From the NCBI GenBank assembly GCA_964236955.1, contig CAXSGP010000122.1, forward strand, positions 1-12,240: a DNA stretch of 12,240 bases. The letters are read 5' to 3'. The notes under the pieces were generated by a model, which was given only the letters and a program-made list of their open reading frames with translations, was not told where the DNA came from and searched no databases. The stretch is from an uncultured Oligoflexus sp. Its GTDB lineage: Bacteria > Bdellovibrionota_B > Oligoflexia > Oligoflexales > Oligoflexaceae. How positions within the stretch are numbered: position 1 is the first letter of the stretch; every line of letters begins with the position of its first letter. Positions 8,303-12,240 of this stretch are shown piece by piece. The position numbers were made by a program, and so were the translations under genes.

Positions 8303-8353
8303 TATTCCGGAGCTTACGAAAAGGCTCACGTTGAGGAGAAGGGGGTCAGGACT

Positions 8354-9271
8354 ATGAGTCAACACGAAAATTTCGTTGTCGACGTGAAACATGTCACCAA
8401 GCACTTCGCTGACTTGAAGGCGGTGACAGATGCTTCTTTTACGATAAGAAAGGGCGAATGCTTTGGCCTTCTCGGACCCAACGGAGCCGGGAAATCAACA
8501 CTGATCCGTATGCTCTACGGTGCTTCCGCCAGGACCGGCGGGACGATGACTGTGCTGGGCTTTGATCCGCAGATCAACGGTCGTGACCTGCGCCGACGCA
8601 TCGGTATCGTCACGCAGGAAGATGCCCTCGATGAGGCGATGTCTGTTCTTGAAAACATGAGAATGTATGCCTCCTTCCTTGGCCTGTCGAAGACCCTCGC
8701 GAATACCCGCATTGAAGAACTTTTGGATTTTTTGTCCCTTACCCACAAGGCCAATGCCCCTATCCTTTCCTTATCCGGAGGCATGAAACGTCGACTGGTA
8801 TTTGTCCGCGCTTTATTGGGTGATCCGGAGCTCCTAATCCTAGATGAGCCTACAACTGGGCTTGATCCAGCGGTTAGACAATTGATTTGGGATAAAATCG
8901 AAGCCTTTAAGCGCCGCGGCAAAACTGTGCTTCTGACGACCCACTATATGGATGAAGCCGAATTTCTCTGCGACCGCCTGGTGGTCCTCGACAATGGCTC
9001 GATCAAAATTCATGGCGCTCCCCGGGCATTAATCGCCGAGCACTGTCCGGGATTTGTCGCCCTCTGGTCGAGGCAGTATGCGACGCCGGATTTTCTGGAG
9101 GATGAAGGGTCATCCCATTTGCAAGCGAACCGACGGCTCGAAAAAAATACCTTGGCTGAACTGGCCGAAGCCTTGGAGAGTGAGCCCATAAAGCCTGCCG
9201 TGATCAGGCCTTCCAATCTTGAGGATGTTTTCTTAAAAGTCACTGGAAGGGAGCTTAGCGGCAATGCGTGA
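8354..9271 (+). CDS. ABC-2 type exporter ATP-binding protein, NodI/DrrA-like
   Basis: GPNGAGKST, LSGGMKRRL, ILDEPTTGLDP, LTTHYMDEAE and C-terminal NLEDVFLKVTGREL. ATG 8354 follows a purine-rich SD region; the longer ORF from 8183 overlaps the upstream gene and is unlikely. Confidence 0.9.
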   Translation: MSQHENFVVDVKHVTKHFADLKAVTDASFTIRKGECFGLLGPNGAGKSTLIRMLYGASARTGGTMTVLGFDPQINGRDLRRRIGIVTQEDALDEAMSVLENMRMYASFLGLSKTLANTRIEELLDFLSLTHKANAPILSLSGGMKRRLVFVRALLGDPELLILDEPTTGLDPAVRQLIWDKIEAFKRRGKTVLLTTHYMDEAEFLCDRLVVLDNGSIKIHGAPRALIAEHCPGFVALWSRQYATPDFLEDEGSSHLQANRRLEKNTLAELAEALESEPIKPAVIRPSNLEDVFLKVTGRELSGNA

Positions 9272-10031
9272 ATTTTGGGTACTGAGCTGGCGAGTTGCCA
9301 TGCGACACTGGGCTATCTATAGGAAAGACTTCTTCGCGAATATCCTTCCGACCATCGTCGATCCTACTCTTTTTATCCTGGTTTTCGGAGTGTGGCTGGG
9401 TTCGCATATCACCAATCTCGAAGGGCGTTCCTATTTGGAATATATGGCCCCGGGGATTGCTTCGACCACCGTTTTATTTACGGCTTATTTTGAAAGCAGC
9501 TATGGGTTTTACGTGCGACTGGTCTACGAAAATATCTTCAAGGCATTAATGACCACACCTATCAGCGCCAAAGAGATCCTCGCTGGAGAATTTATCTGGG
9601 TGGCCTTAAAGGGAGCAATCATGGCACTTCTCGTCGGCCTGGTCCTCCTGATCTTTGGCGTCGCAAAATTGCAATATCTCTGGCTTATGCCTGTGATGGG
9701 CGCTCTCTTGAGTATGGCCTGCGGGGCCATCGGCTTGATTTCGACAAGCTTTGTCCGTAATATGAATCAGTTCCAAACCGTTTATGCCCTTCTCATAAGC
9801 CCTATGTTTTTTATATCCGGTGTCTTCTATCCGACCAATCAGATGCCAGTGCCCCTGCAATGGGTCTGTTATATGTCGCCCCTATACCACGGGGTGCGTC
9901 TTAGCCAGAGTTCGCTGTGGGCAGAAGATGTTGGTGCAACCTGGTTGATTCATGGTGGGGCTTTGCTGCTGATAACGGCCGGCCTCATGACCTGGGCGGC
10001 TAAGAGGATTTATCCGAAGCTCTATTCTTGA
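9264..10031 (+). CDS. ABC-2 type exporter permease, NodJ-like
   Basis: YLEYMAPG, LMTTPIS...GE, PMFFISGVFYP and SPLYHGV motifs; about 6 TM segments. 8-nt overlap with the ATPase gene (ATGCGTGA). Confidence 0.9.
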   Translation: MREFWVLSWRVAMRHWAIYRKDFFANILPTIVDPTLFILVFGVWLGSHITNLEGRSYLEYMAPGIASTTVLFTAYFESSYGFYVRLVYENIFKALMTTPISAKEILAGEFIWVALKGAIMALLVGLVLLIFGVAKLQYLWLMPVMGALLSMACGAIGLISTSFVRNMNQFQTVYALLISPMFFISGVFYPTNQMPVPLQWVCYMSPLYHGVRLSQSSLWAEDVGATWLIHGGALLLITAGLMTWAAKRIYPKLYS

Positions 10032-10038
10032 TTCGGCC

Positions 10039-10202
10039 TTAGAGCGAGTTGCTGGTGAGGCTCTCTGGAAACCGGAACGGTTGCTATGTTGATCCGTGTG
10101 GCTGCCAGTCGCCTAAGTTTAAGGTCCCCCTGCTTAGGGCACCGCTAAGTTCATTGGGGCTTTCAAACCGCGCTAGCTGGGCGCACAAGCAATTTACGCT
10201 AA
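10039..10202. repeat. 164-bp intergenic element with degenerate terminal inverted repeats (MITE/REP-like)
   Basis: Left end TTAGAGCGAGTTGCTGGTGAGGC matches the reverse complement of the right end (TTAGCGTAAATTGCTTGTGCGCC) at 16 of 23 positions. Internal palindromes AACCG/CGGTT and CCTAAG/CTTAGG. Confidence 0.35.
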
Positions 10203-10329
10203 AATATGAGAGTTGTCGGAAATCATAAAAATTCTACTGTTCCAGCGGTTTAACGGAGCCGTGCCAGAAATTGTCCTTACGAAGTTACTCAACCAGCGCA
10301 TAGGGTTAAGACTAACCTGAGGAGGTTTT

Positions 10330-11145
10330 ATGGAAGGCCCGTCGCTGGTCCTGCTGGTCGAACAACTGAAGCCCTTTACGAAGAAGAAGATCCTGGCAGC
10401 ACAGGGCGTGGCTCCTGTGAATCTTGAGATGATTGCTAATGGATCATTGAAGGCCGTGAAGTCGTGGGGCAAACACCTCTTACTGGTCTTCGATAAGACC
10501 ATTATCCGCATTCACTTCCTCATGTTTGGCAGCTACCGTATCAATGCCACCATCGAGCGTGATCCGAAGCTTTCATTGAAGTTTGCGGAAGGCACCGTGA
10601 ACTTTTATAGTTGCGCGGTTAAAGAAATTTCCAAAGAGGACTTCAAAGCCTACGATTGGACGATCGATCTCATGGCCAAAGAATGGGATGAAAAAATCGT
10701 AGTGAAACGGCTGCGCTCTCAACCTAATGCTATGATTTGCGATTTGCTGATGGATCAGGATATTTTTCCAGGGCTCGGTAATATTATCAAAAATGAGGTC
10801 TTATACTTAAGACGTCAGCAGCCCGAGGTGCGACTTAAGGAGTTGAGTGCTAAAGAGCAGCTGGCCCTGGTGCGAGAATCGCGGAATTATTGTTTTCAAT
10901 TCTACGAATGGAAGAAAATTGACCAGCTTAAACGCAACTGGAAGATCTTTCGCAAGCGAAAATGTCCCGAATGCCGGGGAGACCTTAGCATCCGCAAAAC
11001 TGGATTTGGGCAGCGTGTTAGTTTTTTCTGCACAAACTGTCAGTTGGGGACAAATCTGCCCCTTCCTGAAATCAAAATAAAGCCAAGCAAAGCTCGCCAA
11101 TGGGTACGCGCGCCACGGAAGCCCGCTGCTGAGCAACGGGTTTGA
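10330..11145 (+). CDS. Fpg/Nei-family DNA glycosylase/AP lyase (endonuclease VIII-like) with atypical N-terminus
   Basis: GAGGAGG SD; EGP N-terminal motif, WGKHLL, HFLMFGS, H2TH motif LLMDQDIFPGLGNIIKNEVL, and C4 zinc finger CPEC...R...CTNCQ. Confidence 0.9.
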   Translation: MEGPSLVLLVEQLKPFTKKKILAAQGVAPVNLEMIANGSLKAVKSWGKHLLLVFDKTIIRIHFLMFGSYRINATIERDPKLSLKFAEGTVNFYSCAVKEISKEDFKAYDWTIDLMAKEWDEKIVVKRLRSQPNAMICDLLMDQDIFPGLGNIIKNEVLYLRRQQPEVRLKELSAKEQLALVRESRNYCFQFYEWKKIDQLKRNWKIFRKRKCPECRGDLSIRKTGFGQRVSFFCTNCQLGTNLPLPEIKIKPSKARQWVRAPRKPAAEQRV

Positions 11146-11290
11146 GATCAAGACTCTACTGCCGAAAAAGAGACTCCTTATTGATCTGAGTTAAGTCGGT
11201 AATATACGATGAAAGCTGATTGGGTGCTGTTACCGAAAGGTTGGGATGCGCTTGCATTCCAGTCGTTTGGATTGTTCAAATGCTATCCCT

Positions 11291-11884
11291 TTAATGATTC
11301 CAGTCGCTCTCAGTGGTGATAAGAAGATACGCAGCAGCAGTTGGGTCGGCTTCCTTTGATGTCACAAATACATTTGCCGTCCCATCCGATTCGAGGATTA
11401 GAGTCAAGTCTTCGCGACTTAGACTTAAAAATTCCATAAATGCTTGAGTGATATCGATAAAATTTTGGTTCGCGCTAACAAGACTGACGTTAGTGATTTT
11501 ACTGGCAACCGGTTTTGTATTCCAAGTGACAGCCATTTCATCCCAAGCTTCTGTCGATCCACTCAAAATAAAGGACGCCGGGCTGGGTCCAGAAATTTGC
11601 GCAGACGCGATCACAAACTCGACCTTTGCCACCCGTATCGAAGGTTTGACGCTTGCTGTGTCAAAGCCAAACAATGCTTTTGACTCATGATGATACTGCC
11701 CTGCGTCAACCGTGGACGCGCCACCGAAATTTCGATCGGCTACCAAACCGCAGCAGTAACTACTGCGAATGACAGAGGCATCTTTTGTTACAGGAAGAAA
11801 GATTTCAGCTGCACTGGCATTGCTATCAAACGTGAGCCCTGCATAAAATGTTATGATGGCTAAAATCGTTTTCGAATGAGTCAC
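11291..11884 (-). CDS. Secreted protein with a single DNRLRE/CBM96-like beta-sandwich domain
   Basis: GTG start with AGGAG SD; signal peptide ending ASA-A; pattern KDASV...NFG...ALFGFD...WDEMAVTWNTKP...IDIT...SKE...LLI typical of DNRLRE-domain proteins. Confidence 0.72.
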   Translation of the reverse strand: MTHSKTILAIITFYAGLTFDSNASAAEIFLPVTKDASVIRSSYCCGLVADRNFGGASTVDAGQYHHESKALFGFDTASVKPSIRVAKVEFVIASAQISGPSPASFILSGSTEAWDEMAVTWNTKPVASKITNVSLVSANQNFIDITQAFMEFLSLSREDLTLILESDGTANVFVTSKEADPTAAAYLLITTESDWNH

Positions 11885-12190
11885 GGTTCTTTCTCCTGCT
11901 CAAATTTCTAAAGAAATTGTTATCAGGGCGATTTACAGCCGGCAAGCTGGAAAATTATTTATGATATAAGAAAACTGTGCAGAGTTTGTGATAGGCCGCT
12001 AAAACTTGGGGTATGCATATTTTCCCAGAGATCTCAAGCGCTGTCGACGTTTGAGGTGTGGAGTTGAAAAGTAGAGGAAGACTTTCTGCATTACACAATT
12101 GGTGAAATCCGCTATCCCTCGCGGGTTTCAATGATTGGCTCATGACCCGAACGGCATCCTGAGGTTTTCTAAAGTCACCCTTTTCCTTTA

Positions 12191-12231
12191 GGGGCTGTTG
12201 ACGTTTGGCTACGCCAACGTCGAACATCCCC
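12191..12231. repeat. REP-like imperfect palindrome
   Basis: GGGG-c-TGTT-GACGT-t-TGGC tac GCCA-ACGTC-g-AACA-t-CCCC forms about 17 bp of pairing in a 41-nt hairpin. Confidence 0.45.
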
Positions 12232-12240
12232 AGTAACGCA

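Noticed and set aside
8310..8327. Guanidine-II (mini-ykkC) riboswitch
   Set aside because: Only one hairpin has an ACGA-containing loop; the family needs two tandem ACGR-loop hairpins.
8183..8353. 57-aa N-terminal extension of the ABC-2 ATPase
   Set aside because: It overlaps the upstream gene and runs through structured DNA; the ATPase domain starts right after ATG 8354.
11257..11306. 10-bp direct repeat ATTCCAGTCG near the DNRLRE gene 3' end
   Set aside because: Only two short copies, compatible with chance; no CRISPR-like periodicity anywhere in the window.
11955..12227. 90-aa minus-strand ORF
   Set aside because: It starts within the REP-like palindrome and has no recognisable motifs, so it is probably spurious. 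The frame stays open to the window edge, so it cannot be fully excluded.

Overview
Bacterial chromosomal window of moderate GC with eleven supportable genes. In order: a type-2 heme A synthase (ctaA/COX15); a minus-strand tesA-ybbA-ybbP-like operon (GDSL esterase plus type VII ABC transporter); a divergent lysA frameshifted inside its catalytic CE(S/T)GD motif, best explained by a 7-bp microhomology deletion; a small orphan ORF behind a sigma28/FliA-like promoter; an uncharacterised prenyltransferase/squalene-cyclase-like protein; a NodI/NodJ-like ABC-2 exporter whose leader can fold over its own ribosome-binding region; an Fpg/Nei-family glycosylase lacking the catalytic N-terminal Pro (starts MEGPS); and a secreted DNRLRE/CBM96-like protein. 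Two REP/MITE-like palindromic elements lie in intergenic DNA. I saw no rRNA, tRNA, CRISPR array or transposase. Family calls rest on motif recognition by eye, not database searches. The lineage cannot be established from this window.
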